Shown: positions 25,970 to 36,389, counted from the first letter of the stretch. The stretch: 64,000 bases of DNA from Candidatus Firestoneibacteriota bacterium (GCA_903861835.1 CAIOVX010000060.1:100504-164503), one strand, 5' to 3'. Numbers and translations: made by a program. The notes: generated from the letters alone by a model not told the origin.

Positions 25970-27268
25970 TTATTTTGTTTCTGTTATTTCAGCGACTGCA
26001 ATTCCCTTTGCGAACCTGAGTTCCACCGTATCACCTTTTTTCAAATCCTCAGCATTTTTAATTATTACACCACTCAATTTATTCAGCGTGACGCTGTACC
26101 CCCTTTCAAGTATCTTTAGAGGATTCAGTCCCTCAAGCCTGCTTGCAGCAAGTATCAGCTCGCGCCTTTTTAGCTCCATAAAATGCCTGTAGGCCTTTTC
26201 TTCTCTCTGTTCCAGGTCGTCAAGCTCCTGCCTGAGTTCATCTATCAATTCCGCGGGCCTTGAGAGAACCCGGTTCTTCCGTAAACTGCTGATTCTTTCC
26301 TTGTAGACCTCAACCGTTTTTTTAAGAGCCGCCGCCAACCCTGTTTTACCGAGCCAGGAAAGTCTTTCCCGGTACTTTTCCGTCATCCCGGAAAGCGCCT
26401 GGTTCAATCTGGCCCAATTGCCTTCGAGAACTGCCGCTATATCGTTCTTGTCCTTAACTACAAGTTCGGCCGCGGCAGAAGGCGTCGGAGCCCTAAGATC
26501 GGCCACAAAATCAGCAATCGTGAAATCTATTTCGTGACCAACTGCCGATATTACCGGGACTTTTGAGGCGTAAATTGCCCTGGCAACCGGTTCTTCATTG
26601 AAAGCCCAGAGGTCTTCTATCGAACCCCCTCCCCTGCCAACTATTAAAACATCGAAGCCGCCGAAAGAATTCAGGCGGGCTACCGCATCCGCGATCTCTT
26701 CTGCCGCTCCCTCTCCTTGAACTTTCACCGGATCCAGCACCACGGTCACGTTCGAGAACCTGCGGCTGATAATGTTAAGCATATCCTGTATAGCGGCGCC
26801 TGTCGGAGAAGTGATGATACCTATCTTTTCCGGGTAAGACGGAATAGGCCGCGGGTTTGCTTTCCTGTGCGTTCCGTTGCTTTGCTTCGCTATCAACCCT
26901 TCTGCGACCAGCTTATCCCTTAGCTCTTCAAACTTCTTTTGCAGAATACCGCGCCCGTCTGCCTCTTCCATATAGTCGGCTATTATCTGATACTGGCCGC
27001 TCTTTTCATACACATCTACGCGGCCGTGCACAACAACATTCATTCCGTTGGCGGGCTTGAATTTAAGTTTTAAGTTCGCGCCCTTAAACATTACCAGCTT
27101 GATTACCGAGTTCTCGTCCTTTAAAGAGGCGTACAAATGCCCGGAAGAGTGCAATAGAAAGTTTGAGAGCTCGCCCCCGACCTTAATATCGTCAAATTCG
27201 TCCGTAAGGACGTCTTTTATCCCGCGATTAAGCTCCGTAACTGTAAGAGCTTTTTGTATTTCTGTCAT
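25970..27268 (-). CDS. xseA: Exodeoxyribonuclease VII large subunit
   Basis: OB-fold N-terminus and ExoVII catalytic region. ATG 27268 (MTEIQK). Confidence 0.85.
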   Translation of the reverse strand: MTEIQKALTVTELNRGIKDVLTDEFDDIKVGGELSNFLLHSSGHLYASLKDENSVIKLVMFKGANLKLKFKPANGMNVVVHGRVDVYEKSGQYQIIADYMEEADGRGILQKKFEELRDKLVAEGLIAKQSNGTHRKANPRPIPSYPEKIGIITSPTGAAIQDMLNIISRRFSNVTVVLDPVKVQGEGAAEEIADAVARLNSFGGFDVLIVGRGGGSIEDLWAFNEEPVARAIYASKVPVISAVGHEIDFTIADFVADLRAPTPSAAAELVVKDKNDIAAVLEGNWARLNQALSGMTEKYRERLSWLGKTGLAAALKKTVEVYKERISSLRKNRVLSRPAELIDELRQELDDLEQREEKAYRHFMELKRRELILAASRLEGLNPLKILERGYSVTLNKLSGVIIKNAEDLKKGDTVELRFAKGIAVAEITETK

Positions 27269-27276
27269 ATGTGTTA

Positions 27277-27305
27277 ATAATAACATGTATAACGCCTGTT
27301 TTCAA
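27277..27305 (-). promoter_or_regulatory. Candidate promoter TTGAAA-17-TATTAT ending 8 nt before the xseA ATG, giving a leaderless transcript
   Basis: Hexamers read from the minus strand. No SD between the -10 and the ATG. Confidence 0.4.
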
Positions 27306-27350
27306 GAAACGGATTTTTCCCTCGTTTTTAAGCTGGGTTCAAGCGCCTTA

Positions 27351-28430
27351 TCAGGCAAGCAAAAAAGCGATTAAATTGAAAAGAGCGGCCACGAGCCAGA
27401 TTATGACGACCGCCTGCAGGGGAGAAAGCCCGAGGGCAAGCAGCCTGTGATGCACGTGGGATTTGTCTGAGACCGAGACAGGAAGCCCCCGGCTTAGCCT
27501 GCGCGCGACCGCGAAGATTATGTCAAATATCGGCACGCTGAGTATAAGTGCCGGCGTGAAAAGCGTAATGGCGGTAACCCCTTTGAAAGAACCAAGGAGC
27601 GAAAGCGAGGCAAGCATAAACCCGAGGAACATCGAGCCCGGGTCGCCCATAAAGATCCTTGCCGGCCTGAAGTTAAAGAAAAGAAAACCCAGGATGCTCC
27701 CGCAAAGAGTTACGGCGACAACGGCGATAAAAGCCGAAATATTTTCACCTGCGAGCGACATTGAGGGTTTAAGGAAAGCGAGAGCAAAGAAAGTAGCTGC
27801 GGAAATAAAGGAGATACCGCCGGCTAGCCCGTCCAAGCCGTCTATGAAGTTCATGGAATTAATCACTGCCAGTATCCACACTATCGAAACTGTCGCGGAA
27901 AAAAGAAAAAGCGCGGCTCCGGCAAAACCCTGACCTGAAGTAAGGCTTACATAATGATTCATAAAGGGAATATTAAATCCCAGCACGCGCACGCCAAAAG
28001 CAACAACTATCAGCGCCGCAACAAGCTGTCCGAGAAGTTTTCTTTTTGGAGAAAGACCGTACCTGTCGTCTATCATCCCCGTTATGAGCACAGTCAGCCC
28101 TCCGAGGAGGAGTCCGGCAAGTTTCAGCCGCAAGGCCCCGGAACTCATGCCGAGACGGCCCCTGAAATCCATGCTGAACCTGGAGAAGTCTGTGGCGCTG
28201 AAAAGACTGAAAGGAAATAGGTCTGAGCTCAGCAAGTAGAACAAAAAGAGCGCGAGGACAAAGGACAGAAAAATGGCAACACCGCCCCAAAGCGGTATTA
28301 TCTTTCTGTGAACCTTGCGGGTGGTTGGCTTGTCAACGACATCCAGTTTCACAGCTTTCTTAATTACACGCGGAACTATGAGGACGCAAAGCAGAAGGGA
28401 AATCATGAAAAGGATGGCGTACTTAAGCAT
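27351..28430 (-). CDS. Glycosyltransferase family 4, WecA/TagO-like polyprenyl-phosphate GlcNAc-1-phosphate transferase
   Basis: RKVHRKIIPLWGG and NFIDGLDGLAGG motifs, 10-11 TM helices. More WecA-like than MraY-like. Confidence 0.7.
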   Translation of the reverse strand: MLKYAILFMISLLLCVLIVPRVIKKAVKLDVVDKPTTRKVHRKIIPLWGGVAIFLSFVLALFLFYLLSSDLFPFSLFSATDFSRFSMDFRGRLGMSSGALRLKLAGLLLGGLTVLITGMIDDRYGLSPKRKLLGQLVAALIVVAFGVRVLGFNIPFMNHYVSLTSGQGFAGAALFLFSATVSIVWILAVINSMNFIDGLDGLAGGISFISAATFFALAFLKPSMSLAGENISAFIAVVAVTLCGSILGFLFFNFRPARIFMGDPGSMFLGFMLASLSLLGSFKGVTAITLFTPALILSVPIFDIIFAVARRLSRGLPVSVSDKSHVHHRLLALGLSPLQAVVIIWLVAALFNLIAFLLA

Positions 28431-28448
28431 GCTGCTCCGGCCTGGCCG

Positions 28449-28922
28449 TCAGGTGCGGACGCCGTATTTCGTGAGTTTTATTTTCGCTTCTTTGAGCATT
28501 TCTATGGCAAGTTTATCGGGATATTCCCCGCCGAATATTACCTCTACTATGCCTGCGTTTATTATCATTTTCGCGCAGGTGACGCAGGGCTGATGAGTGC
28601 AATAAATAACAGAATCCTTTATGGAAATCCCGAATCTGGCAGCCTGGATTATCGCATTCTGTTCGGCGTGCAGACCGCGGCAGATTTCCTGCCTCTGGCC
28701 GGAGGGTATGCCGAGTTTTTCCCTGAGGCAACCGCGAACCAGACAATGCTCTATTCCTTTTGGCACGCCGTTATAGCCGGTAGCCAGCACCCGCTTCTCT
28801 TTTACTATTATCGCCCCCACTCCCCGCCGGATGCAAGTGGTCCTGGTTGAAACCAGCTGAGCCATATTCATGAAATACTCGTTCCAGCCAGGCCTTTTGT
28901 TTTCTATGTTTTTATTCGGCAT
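28449..28922 (-). CDS. dCMP deaminase (ComEB/deoxycytidylate deaminase family)
   Basis: HAEQNAI and PCxxC zinc-binding motifs. Confidence 0.8.
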   Translation of the reverse strand: MPNKNIENKRPGWNEYFMNMAQLVSTRTTCIRRGVGAIIVKEKRVLATGYNGVPKGIEHCLVRGCLREKLGIPSGQRQEICRGLHAEQNAIIQAARFGISIKDSVIYCTHQPCVTCAKMIINAGIVEVIFGGEYPDKLAIEMLKEAKIKLTKYGVRT

Positions 28923-30176
28923 TTATATCTCCACGGGAAACTTATTGCAGAGTACCTTGACCTTCTTCCTGACTCCGGCCGCTACCTTGGCGCTCGTCGG
29001 GTGATTGAGTATGTCTGCTATCATTTCGGCAATCGCGAGGCACTGATCTTCCTTCATACCGCGCGTCGTAAGAGCCGGAGTTCCCAGTCTGACCCCGCTC
29101 GTTTCAAAAGCTTTCAGCGGATCAAAAGGTATCCTGTTCTTATTCGCAGTGATGCCTGCCTTATCCATGGCCAGCGCGGCTTCCCTTCCGGTAAGCTGCT
29201 TATTCCGAAGATCCACCAGCATCAGGTGATTGTCAGTCCCGCCTGTTACCAGATTGAACCCGTTCTTTGACAGGTAATCTGCTATCACTTTGGCGTTTTT
29301 TACTATCTGCTTCTGGTATTCCCTGAACTCAGGCTGTAGAGCTTCTTTGAACGCAACGGCCTTTGCGGCGACAACATGCATCAGCGGACCGCCCTGTATG
29401 CCGGGGAAGACAGCCGAGTCTACTTTCTTCATCCATTCGCTCTTGCAGAGAATAAAGCCGCCCCTCGGGCCCCTTAAGGTCTTATGAGTCGTGCCGCCTA
29501 TGAAATCGCAATAAGGCACCGGGTCAGGGTGAACCTTCCCTACTATTAGCCCCGCAATGTGAGCTATGTCGGCCATAAAGAGAGCTCCGACTTCTTTTGC
29601 TATGTCGTGGAATTTTTTGAAATCTATTTGCCTGGGGTAAGCGCTTGCCCCTGCTATCAGCAGTTTCGGTTTATGCTTTTTTGCAAGGTTCCTAATGGCT
29701 TCATAATCCAGCAGATTAGTATACTCGCTTACTCCGTAAGAAACTGCCTTGAAGAACTTCCCTGAGAAACTCACCGAAGCTCCGTGAGTCAGATGTCCTC
29801 CGGAGGCAAGATCCATGCCCATAATGGTATCGCCGGGATTCAGGCAGGAAAGATATATTGCCATATTAGCCTGTGAACCGGCGTGAGGCTGAACATTGGC
29901 GTGCTCTGCACCAAACATTTTCTTTAGCCTGCTGATGGCCTCCGCTTCCACTTTGTCAAGATATTCGCAGCCCTGGTAAAACCTTTTCTCCGGGTAACCT
30001 TCAGCGTATTTGTTAGTAAGGACGGAACCTTGCAAAGCCATTACGGCTTTACTCGTATAGTTTTCTGAGGCAATCATTTGGAGTTTGGTGTCTTGTCTCT
30101 TAAACTCCTCGTTCACCAGCTTAGCTATCTTTTTGTCTTCCTTCTGAAGGAAGTTCTCAAAATACCCTCTGTACAT
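28923..30176 (-). CDS. glyA: Serine hydroxymethyltransferase
   Basis: SHMT along the whole length, including the PLP-Lys region [15 protein letters not shown] 30176 with GAGGAG SD. The ORF-track start at 30263 would be 29 codons further upstream, reading through family A copy R3. Confidence 0.9.
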   Translation of the reverse strand: MYRGYFENFLQKEDKKIAKLVNEEFKRQDTKLQMIASENYTSKAVMALQGSVLTNKYAEGYPEKRFYQGCEYLDKVEAEAISRLKKMFGAEHANVQPHAGSQANMAIYLSCLNPGDTIMGMDLASGGHLTHGASVSFSGKFFKAVSYGVSEYTNLLDYEAIRNLAKKHKPKLLIAGASAYPRQIDFKKFHDIAKEVGALFMADIAHIAGLIVGKVHPDPVPYCDFIGGTTHKTLRGPRGGFILCKSEWMKKVDSAVFPGIQGGPLMHVVAAKAVAFKEALQPEFREYQKQIVKNAKVIADYLSKNGFNLVTGGTDNHLMLVDLRNKQLTGREAALAMDKAGITANKNRIPFDPLKAFETSGVRLGTPALTTRGMKEDQCLAIAEMIADILNHPTSAKVAAGVRKKVKVLCNKFPVEI

Positions 30177-30190
30177 ATAAGCTCCTCTAA

Positions 30191-30264
30191 ACAGATGCTC
30201 GGAAGTTCGGATGCCCGGAGGGTTGGACGCTGCACTTAAGCATCCGCGCATCTGACCCTCCAAC
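30191..30264. repeat. Family A element, internally deleted short copy R3, about 74 bp
   Basis: Shares both end modules with R1 and R2: AGATGCTCGGAAGTTCGGATG at the 5' end and TTAAGCATCC...CCCTCCAACC at the 3' end. Same orientation. Runs from the rpiB stop to the glyA SD. Confidence 0.55.
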
Positions 30265-30714
30265 CTACTTCATCAGTTTCTTTTCAAGCGCGTCTATCTG
30301 TAAAATACGGTCAGCATGTCTGCCGCCGTCAAAATCAGTCTTAAGCCAGACATTTACTATCTCTTTTATGGTCTCAGGTTTTGTGGTTCTTCCGCCTACA
30401 ACCAAGATATTTGAATCATTGTGCTGGCGGCTCATCTCAGCCGTATATTTATCGTAAACCAAGGCTGCCCTTACTCTCGGAAATTTATTAGCCACTATAG
30501 ACATACCTATTCCGGATCCGCAAACGAGAATTCCTCTTTCCGCCTCGCCCTTGCTCACGGCGCCCGCGACAGAGGCCCCATACTCGGGGTAATCCACCCT
30601 TTCATTAGTTTCCGGGCCGAAATCCTTATAGGGAACCTTGTTTTCATCAAGGACCTTCTTAATTATTTCCTTGCCTTCAAAACCCGCATGATCCGATGCT
30701 ATCACGAGCCTCAT
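30265..30714 (-). CDS. rpiB: Ribose-5-phosphate isomerase B
   Basis: RpiB/LacAB motifs including [15 protein letters not shown] 30714 with AAGGAG SD. Confidence 0.85.
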   Translation of the reverse strand: MRLVIASDHAGFEGKEIIKKVLDENKVPYKDFGPETNERVDYPEYGASVAGAVSKGEAERGILVCGSGIGMSIVANKFPRVRAALVYDKYTAEMSRQHNDSNILVVGGRTTKPETIKEIVNVWLKTDFDGGRHADRILQIDALEKKLMK

Positions 30715-30720
30715 AATTCT

Positions 30721-30769
30721 CCTTGTTCCTACCGCGCTTACCGAACCTCTGACCATCCAAGCATCCGCC
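30721..30769. repeat. Family A element fragment R4, solo end module
   Basis: The minus strand reads GGCGGATGCTTGGATGGTCAGAGGTTCGG directly after the PTP stop codon. This is homologous to the first about 30 nt of R1 and R2. Confidence 0.4.
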
Positions 30770-31201
30770 TCACAACACCCTGGGAAGGACATTCTTCTCT
30801 ATTGCCTGCCGTATTTCCTCAAAAACCTTTTTATAGGCCTCAAGACCTGCTCCTATCGGATCAGGAATATCCTTATCGTCCAGCATCTGCGCCTTGAACT
30901 TACTTTCGGGAAACCCCGCCACTATTTGGTCAAGATGACCGCGTGTAAGAGCGAATATAAGTTCTGCCTGCGCCGCAATCTCTTTGCTTAGAAGTCTCGA
31001 TCTGTGCCCTGCGGCATTAATACCATAATCATTAAGCAAGGCTGCAGCGTTAGCAGAAACCGTGTCTCCTGGTATAGCATACGTTCCCGCCGAAGAGACC
31101 TTTATGCCGCCGGCTTTTAGTTCATGCAGCCTTTTCTTTAAAATGTATTCCGCCATAACGCTCCGGCAGGAATTGCCGGTACAAACAAAAAGTATATTCA
31201 T
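30770..31201 (-). CDS. Low-molecular-weight protein tyrosine phosphatase / arsenate reductase family
   Basis: P-loop CTGNSCRS at the N-terminus. Confidence 0.8.
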   Translation of the reverse strand: MNILFVCTGNSCRSVMAEYILKKRLHELKAGGIKVSSAGTYAIPGDTVSANAAALLNDYGINAAGHRSRLLSKEIAAQAELIFALTRGHLDQIVAGFPESKFKAQMLDDKDIPDPIGAGLEAYKKVFEEIRQAIEKNVLPRVL

Positions 31202-31836
31202 CTTATATCTATTACCACGTCTTCCAGTTTGGCCTTCTTGAGCGCGCCTTGCCTTACAATCTTGGGATGCTCCCCGGTTACATCTACTATAGTTGAAACC
31301 ACCTGATGAAGCGTGGTTCCTGTATCAAGTATATAATCAAGACTGTCCCCGAGCTCGGCAAGCACCTCGCCAGCGGTAACGGGATCCTTCTTTCCGGAGA
31401 TATTCGCGCTTGTTACGACCAGCGGCTCTTTAATCGCCTTCAAGATATCTATGACCGGTTTACAATCAGGGATCCTGACGCCGATGGTCTTCAGACCGGC
31501 GGTTATTTCCCTTGATAGAGATTCCGCCGCCGGGAAAATCAGAGTGAGAGGTCCTGGCCAAAATGTTTCCATAAGGTCAATCGCGAATGGGGGCATTTCC
31601 TCTATAAAATCATCAACCTGGTGCGGATCGCTTACGAAAATAATAAGCGGTTTTGTTCTCGGTCTGTTCTTTATCCTGTAAATCCGGTCAACAGCCTTAA
31701 GATCTTTCATACGCGCCGCTATGCCATACACGGTGTCCGTCGGGATACCGATAACCGCTCCCTCTTTCAGTTTCTCAACCAAGAATTTAATCTTAGATTT
31801 ATCCACTATCTTATTTTGGTGCGCCGGCGCCGTCAT
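31198..31836 (-). CDS. tsaC: L-threonylcarbamoyladenylate synthase (YrdC/TsaC/Sua5 family)
   Basis: YrdC domain with the PTDTVYG motif. Confidence 0.8.
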   Translation of the reverse strand: MTAPAHQNKIVDKSKIKFLVEKLKEGAVIGIPTDTVYGIAARMKDLKAVDRIYRIKNRPRTKPLIIFVSDPHQVDDFIEEMPPFAIDLMETFWPGPLTLIFPAAESLSREITAGLKTIGVRIPDCKPVIDILKAIKEPLVVTSANISGKKDPVTAGEVLAELGDSLDYILDTGTTLHQVVSTIVDVTGEHPKIVRQGALKKAKLEDVVIDIR

Positions 31837-32366
31837 TTCTTCCCCATTTCCTCTATATATTTCCTGTAACCTTTTCGCTTAAGAGTTTTGGATTTTGTCA
31901 TAATAACTTCGGCAAGTTTTTTCTTGTGTTCCGCCATCCAATTCTTATATTTTCCGTCAGAAAGCGCGAGTATCTGCACCGCAAAAACTCCGGCGTTAAC
32001 GGCTCCTGCTTTTCCTATGGACATGGTCCCGACCGGAATGCCGCCGGGCATCTGAACTATCGCGTAAAGAGCGTCTATTCCCTTAAGAGAGGAGCCATCA
32101 AGCGGCACTCCGATTACCGGGAGGGTGGTTTCCGCCGAAATAACTCCGGGGAGCGCGGCAGCCATGCCCGCGGCCGCTATGAAAATCTTCACGCCTTCGG
32201 CTTCAAGTTCCTTTACCCGCTGCTGAACGAAGCTGATGCTTCTGTGGGCCGAAGCTATAACAAATTCGAAAGGGACTCCTGCTTTTTCAAGGATAACAGC
32301 CGTGTCGGCCATAACCGGAAGATCCGAATCAGAACCGAGAAAGATTGCAACCAAAGGCTTTATCAT
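31833..32366 (-). CDS. purE: N5-carboxyaminoimidazole ribonucleotide mutase
   Basis: PurE motif GSDSD and the conserved SAHR. ATG at 32366. The ORF track uses GTG 32372. Confidence 0.85.
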   Translation of the reverse strand: MIKPLVAIFLGSDSDLPVMADTAVILEKAGVPFEFVIASAHRSISFVQQRVKELEAEGVKIFIAAAGMAAALPGVISAETTLPVIGVPLDGSSLKGIDALYAIVQMPGGIPVGTMSIGKAGAVNAGVFAVQILALSDGKYKNWMAEHKKKLAEVIMTKSKTLKRKGYRKYIEEMGKK

Positions 32367-32475
32367 AACCACCCCTTATTGCATAACGATAGAAGCATTG
32401 CGAATAAACTCTTGATAATTAGTATAACAGAAGGCGTCTGGAATTTTCAAGGAATAAGGAAAACCAAAGAACAAA

Positions 32476-32503
32476 TTCTAAACTCTAAATACTAAACAAA
32501 AAA
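32476..32503. repeat. Family B tandem heptamers TTCTAAA-CTCTAAA-TACTAAA-CAAAAAA
   Basis: Three to four 7-nt direct repeats about 110 nt upstream of the purE ATG. Related arrays lie at 20215..20228 and 46886..46913. Confidence 0.4.
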
Positions 32504-32641
32504 ACAAGCAGGAAATGGAGAAAGGGTAATCTGGCTTTTTGCCGTTTGGCTAGCGCTTAATGCTTTGGTTGTTGGCATCAAAAACGAAGGATATTGGGAA
32601 TTGCCCATACCGGATTAATTCGTTGAGACTGGACCGGCAGC

Positions 32642-35600
32642 TTAACCGGCGTTCTCTTTGGTAACTTCGGGAGCTTTTGCGAGGCCTGATTCGTCTATAT
32701 CTTTCAGTTTGACGGAGATTATTCTGGAGACGCCTGGTTCAGTCTGGGTAACCCCGTAGAGTACGTCAGCGGTTTCCATTGTTATCTTGTTATGGGTTAT
32801 CATTATGAACTGCACATTCGGGAATGAGCCTGTAAGCATATCTCTGAACCGGATGACATTTGAATCGTCAAGCGGCGCGTCTATTTCGTCCAGGATACAG
32901 AACGGCGAAGGTTTGACCATGAAAACCGCAAAGAGCAGTCCGATGGCTGTCATAGCGCGTTCTCCGCCTGAAAGCATAGCAACACTCTGCGGGCGCTTGC
33001 CCGGGGGCCTGGCGATAACTTCAATGCCGGTCTCGAGCAAATTCTCTTCGTCAAGGAGTATCAGGTCCGCATGTCCGCCGTTAAAGAGTTTCCTAAAAAC
33101 CTCATTGAAGTTGTTCTTGATTTTCACGAAGGTCTCGAGGAAGAGCTGCTTTGTGGTCGTGTTAAGCTGGTTAATGGTCTTTACCAGGGAGCTCTTGGCT
33201 TCTGAAAGGTCTTTTTCTTGTGTTGAAAGGGTGTTGTAGCGTTCAGTTAACTCCGCATACTCATCCATCGCCATCATATTGACCGGGCCGATTTCTTCTA
33301 TGCCTTTCTTAAGCTCGGCAATTTTTTCTGCGGCTGCTTCAGGCGCGAGAGAGTTAAGCGTTAAATAATCGCTCTCAAGCGTAAGACCTTCAAGCTCCAG
33401 GCGGTAATCCTTCTTGACCTGCTCTCTGATGCCGCCCGCCTTTGACTGCATCCGGCTTATTCCCATCATATTCTCAAAGGACAACTTCTGTTTAACTTCA
33501 TGATCCTTGCGGAGAACCCTGAGTTTTTCCTCGTCCTTGTAAAAAGCTTCCCTAATGGCTTCATTATTCTTTCTTTCAGCAGAGACTGAGTTCTCAAGCT
33601 CTTCTTTCCTGGCTTTGTTCTCTCCCAGAAATTTCTGCAGTTCCGCCGCCTCTTCCCCGTTCTTTACAACAGAGGAGGTCTTTGCTTCTATTTCCTTAAC
33701 ATACATCTTCTTGCTGACCTGGATTTCTTCAAGGTTTAAGGCCAGCCGGTCTATATCATTTTTAAGGTTTATCTCTTTTTGCTCAAGGAAAGTAAGCCTG
33801 ACCTTAAGGTCGGTGAAGGCAATATTGTCGGCCTCTTCGTTCTTTCTGGCGTCCGCTATTGAACTTTCCAGTTCCTTTATTTTCGCGCCATGCCCCGCAT
33901 GCTTTCCTTCAACCCAGGTCATTTTTTCTTTTACCGTAGCGGCTGATTTGGTCAAGCCCTCAAGCTCAGAATCAAGCTGGGCTATTTCGGCATCAATTAC
34001 GCGCTCAAATTTGCCGGAGCGCTCCAGATCCGCGACCAGGGATTGTTCTTCGTGTTTTTTAGCAACCGTTCCGTCCACATCCTGCAGAATAAGAAAGAGC
34101 GGCTTTACTTTCTTCAGGTATAAATTCCACTTTTCGCGCAGGCCCGCTACTGCCGCCTTTAGCTCTCCGAAGTCGCCAGCTTTAGCGGCTTCCCTAAAAT
34201 CAGCCTCAATGGAAACCTCCGCCTCTCCTGCTTTCACAACTTCGTCGGCGGTATATTCGTATATTTTTTCCGACGAAGAGAATTTGCCGCTGTCTCCGAG
34301 AGCAGAGAGCGCCTTCCTGATTTCTTTCAACTTGCCGTCTATAACCTCGCGCTGGTTTACATATTCCTGTTTCTGGGCCGACTTCTTTCCTTTCGCGGCC
34401 GCGAGTTCGGCAGAGCGGTTCTCGCAGTTCTTGAGATCATTTCTTAAATGGACTGCCTCGTTCATAATGTCAAAGAGCTGGACCTTGAACTCTTCCAGAT
34501 TCTTAACATCCTGTTTATACTTGTCTTTTGCCTGCCGGATGGCATCCATCTGTTTCGCAATCTTTTCTTTTTCCGAAGCGAGAGAGGTTACGGTTTCGTT
34601 ATATTCGGCGGTTGATCTGTCGGCAAGGGATTTCGCATTCTCGGCCTTCTTGTCCAAATCCGCAATCCTTGAATTAAGTTCTTCGGTCTCGCGGGCTATG
34701 CGTTCCTTGGTCTCGCCGAGCATATTAATCTTGTTGAAAACATTATTCAACTCCGCGGCGAGCCTGTAATATTCATCCTGCTTGCCGGAGAGGTTCTTTT
34801 CTTCTTCAAAAAGCTTCTTGCGCCCTTCAACAAGCCTGGTTTCTTCGCCGGTAATACCTGTTTCAAGCGCCTCTACCTCGGCTTTAAGCGCGGCTTCGCC
34901 TTTTGTGAGCTTGTCAAGTTCGGCCATGAGAGAGCTGTACTCGAAATGCCGAAGCGAGACTTCTACCTCACGCAACTCTTCGTTTAACTTTTTGCTCTTC
35001 TCGGCTTTCTTCGCGTAGCGCTCGAGGCTTCCTACCTGTCTTTTAACCTCGCCTATTATGTCCTTAATGCGGAGCAGGTTCTGCTCCGTCGCTTCAAGTT
35101 TCTTTAACGCCTCATCCCGGCGGAGCTTGTATTTTGATATTCCGGCGGCTTCTTCGAAAATGAATCTTCTTTCCATCGGGCGCGCAGAGAGAATCGCGTC
35201 CATCTTGCCCTGCTCCATGATGTAATAAGTATCGGTACCGACGCCGGTATCCAGGAAGAGTTCGTTTATGTCTTTCAGGCGGCAGGGTGATTTATTGATG
35301 AAATATTCGCAATCAGCGCCGCGGAAGATCTGGCGCATGATGGTGGCTTCTTCAAAATCAAGAGAGAGCTGCCCTTTTGTTTCGGAGAAGGTAAGCCCGA
35401 CCTCCGCCATGCCAAGCTGCCGCCTGGTGTCGGTGCCGTTAAAAATAACGTTATCCATCTGGTTGGATCTTAAGGATTTGGCGCTCTGCTCTCCGAGCAC
35501 CCAACGGATGGAGTCAACAACATTAGATTTGCCGGCGCCGTTGGGACCGACTATGCAGGTGATACCGGGTTCAAAATTAATGACGGTTTTGTCTGCGAAG

Positions 35601-35656
35601 GATTTGAACCCGTATATTTCAAGCTTTTTTAACTTCAAGTCTGTCCGGTCCCCCAA
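32642..35656 (-). CDS. smc: Chromosome segregation protein SMC
   Basis: 1004 aa with N-terminal Walker A, a long coiled coil, a hinge, and C-terminal signature and Walker B motifs. Confidence 0.9.
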   Translation of the reverse strand: MGDRTDLKLKKLEIYGFKSFADKTVINFEPGITCIVGPNGAGKSNVVDSIRWVLGEQSAKSLRSNQMDNVIFNGTDTRRQLGMAEVGLTFSETKGQLSLDFEEATIMRQIFRGADCEYFINKSPCRLKDINELFLDTGVGTDTYYIMEQGKMDAILSARPMERRFIFEEAAGISKYKLRRDEALKKLEATEQNLLRIKDIIGEVKRQVGSLERYAKKAEKSKKLNEELREVEVSLRHFEYSSLMAELDKLTKGEAALKAEVEALETGITGEETRLVEGRKKLFEEEKNLSGKQDEYYRLAAELNNVFNKINMLGETKERIARETEELNSRIADLDKKAENAKSLADRSTAEYNETVTSLASEKEKIAKQMDAIRQAKDKYKQDVKNLEEFKVQLFDIMNEAVHLRNDLKNCENRSAELAAAKGKKSAQKQEYVNQREVIDGKLKEIRKALSALGDSGKFSSSEKIYEYTADEVVKAGEAEVSIEADFREAAKAGDFGELKAAVAGLREKWNLYLKKVKPLFLILQDVDGTVAKKHEEQSLVADLERSGKFERVIDAEIAQLDSELEGLTKSAATVKEKMTWVEGKHAGHGAKIKELESSIADARKNEEADNIAFTDLKVRLTFLEQKEINLKNDIDRLALNLEEIQVSKKMYVKEIEAKTSSVVKNGEEAAELQKFLGENKARKEELENSVSAERKNNEAIREAFYKDEEKLRVLRKDHEVKQKLSFENMMGISRMQSKAGGIREQVKKDYRLELEGLTLESDYLTLNSLAPEAAAEKIAELKKGIEEIGPVNMMAMDEYAELTERYNTLSTQEKDLSEAKSSLVKTINQLNTTTKQLFLETFVKIKNNFNEVFRKLFNGGHADLILLDEENLLETGIEVIARPPGKRPQSVAMLSGGERAMTAIGLLFAVFMVKPSPFCILDEIDAPLDDSNVIRFRDMLTGSFPNVQFIMITHNKITMETADVLYGVTQTEPGVSRIISVKLKDIDESGLAKAPEVTKENAG

Positions 35657-35713
35657 GAATACAACTCTGTTAAAGCTCCGGATATCGCGCCGGCCGTAAA
35701 ATAAAGAAATATC

Positions 35714-35777
35714 CTATAGTATGAGCTTAAGGCTTACTATACTACATATAGTATAGCTATTTTGCATGTTTTGTCAA
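35714..35777 (-). promoter_or_regulatory. smc promoter TTGACA-16-TATACT overlapped by palindromes CTATACTA-N4-TAGTATAG and repeated TATAGTA boxes
   Basis: -35 is the reverse complement of 35772..35777. -10 is the reverse complement of 35750..35755. A perfect 8-bp inverted repeat spans 35737..35756. Confidence 0.5.
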
Positions 35778-35840
35778 TGGAAAGTTGCTTTTGCGGATGT
35801 TTTCTTGTGCAAAACATTGAATTAGGCACTACCTGTTGTA

Positions 35841-36389
35841 TTAGCGGGTTTTCAGGGCTGCTTCCAGGGAAAGGACCATTTTCTGGTATTTTGAGAAATC
35901 ACTTGTCAGATCAAAAACCTTACAGGCTTCGAGCATTGCCGAATGTTCCTTATGCTCAAAATAGTTCATTGTGGGGATAAAGAAGGTTTTGTCCTCTTTT
36001 TGTATATGGGCGGAATAGAAGACGGCAAGCTTTGAGAAAACGGAGATTAATTCTGTCAGCTTGCCTTTCTCTCCGGCTTTGTACTCAGAGTTCAGAGAAA
36101 CGAGCCTGTCAACCAGGCTTCGCCCGTAGAAATGGTCCGAGATAAGGTCTCCCATTATCTTTTTATGCTCGCGTGAAATGTCCTTCTTCGCGAGCTCTTT
36201 AAAAAGCAGTCCTTCTTCCTTCCCGTGATGGCACTTGTCTGCATAAAAGCGCATGAAGTCAACGAAAGCTTCTATATCTAACGGATTCAGAGAGCCTTCC
36301 CTGCCGGCATTCTCAAGCGCTTTATCAACAACCTTCACCATCCTCTCTATTAGGCGGTGTTCAATCATCAATTGACCGATTATCATCAT
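35841..36389 (-). CDS. Hemerythrin-like (HHE cation-binding) domain protein
   Basis: His/Glu patterns MIEHRLIE, HHGKEE and AHIQKEDKTFF spaced as in hemerythrin four-helix bundles. Confidence 0.6.
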   Translation of the reverse strand: MMIIGQLMIEHRLIERMVKVVDKALENAGREGSLNPLDIEAFVDFMRFYADKCHHGKEEGLLFKELAKKDISREHKKIMGDLISDHFYGRSLVDRLVSLNSEYKAGEKGKLTELISVFSKLAVFYSAHIQKEDKTFFIPTMNYFEHKEHSAMLEACKVFDLTSDFSKYQKMVLSLEAALKTR

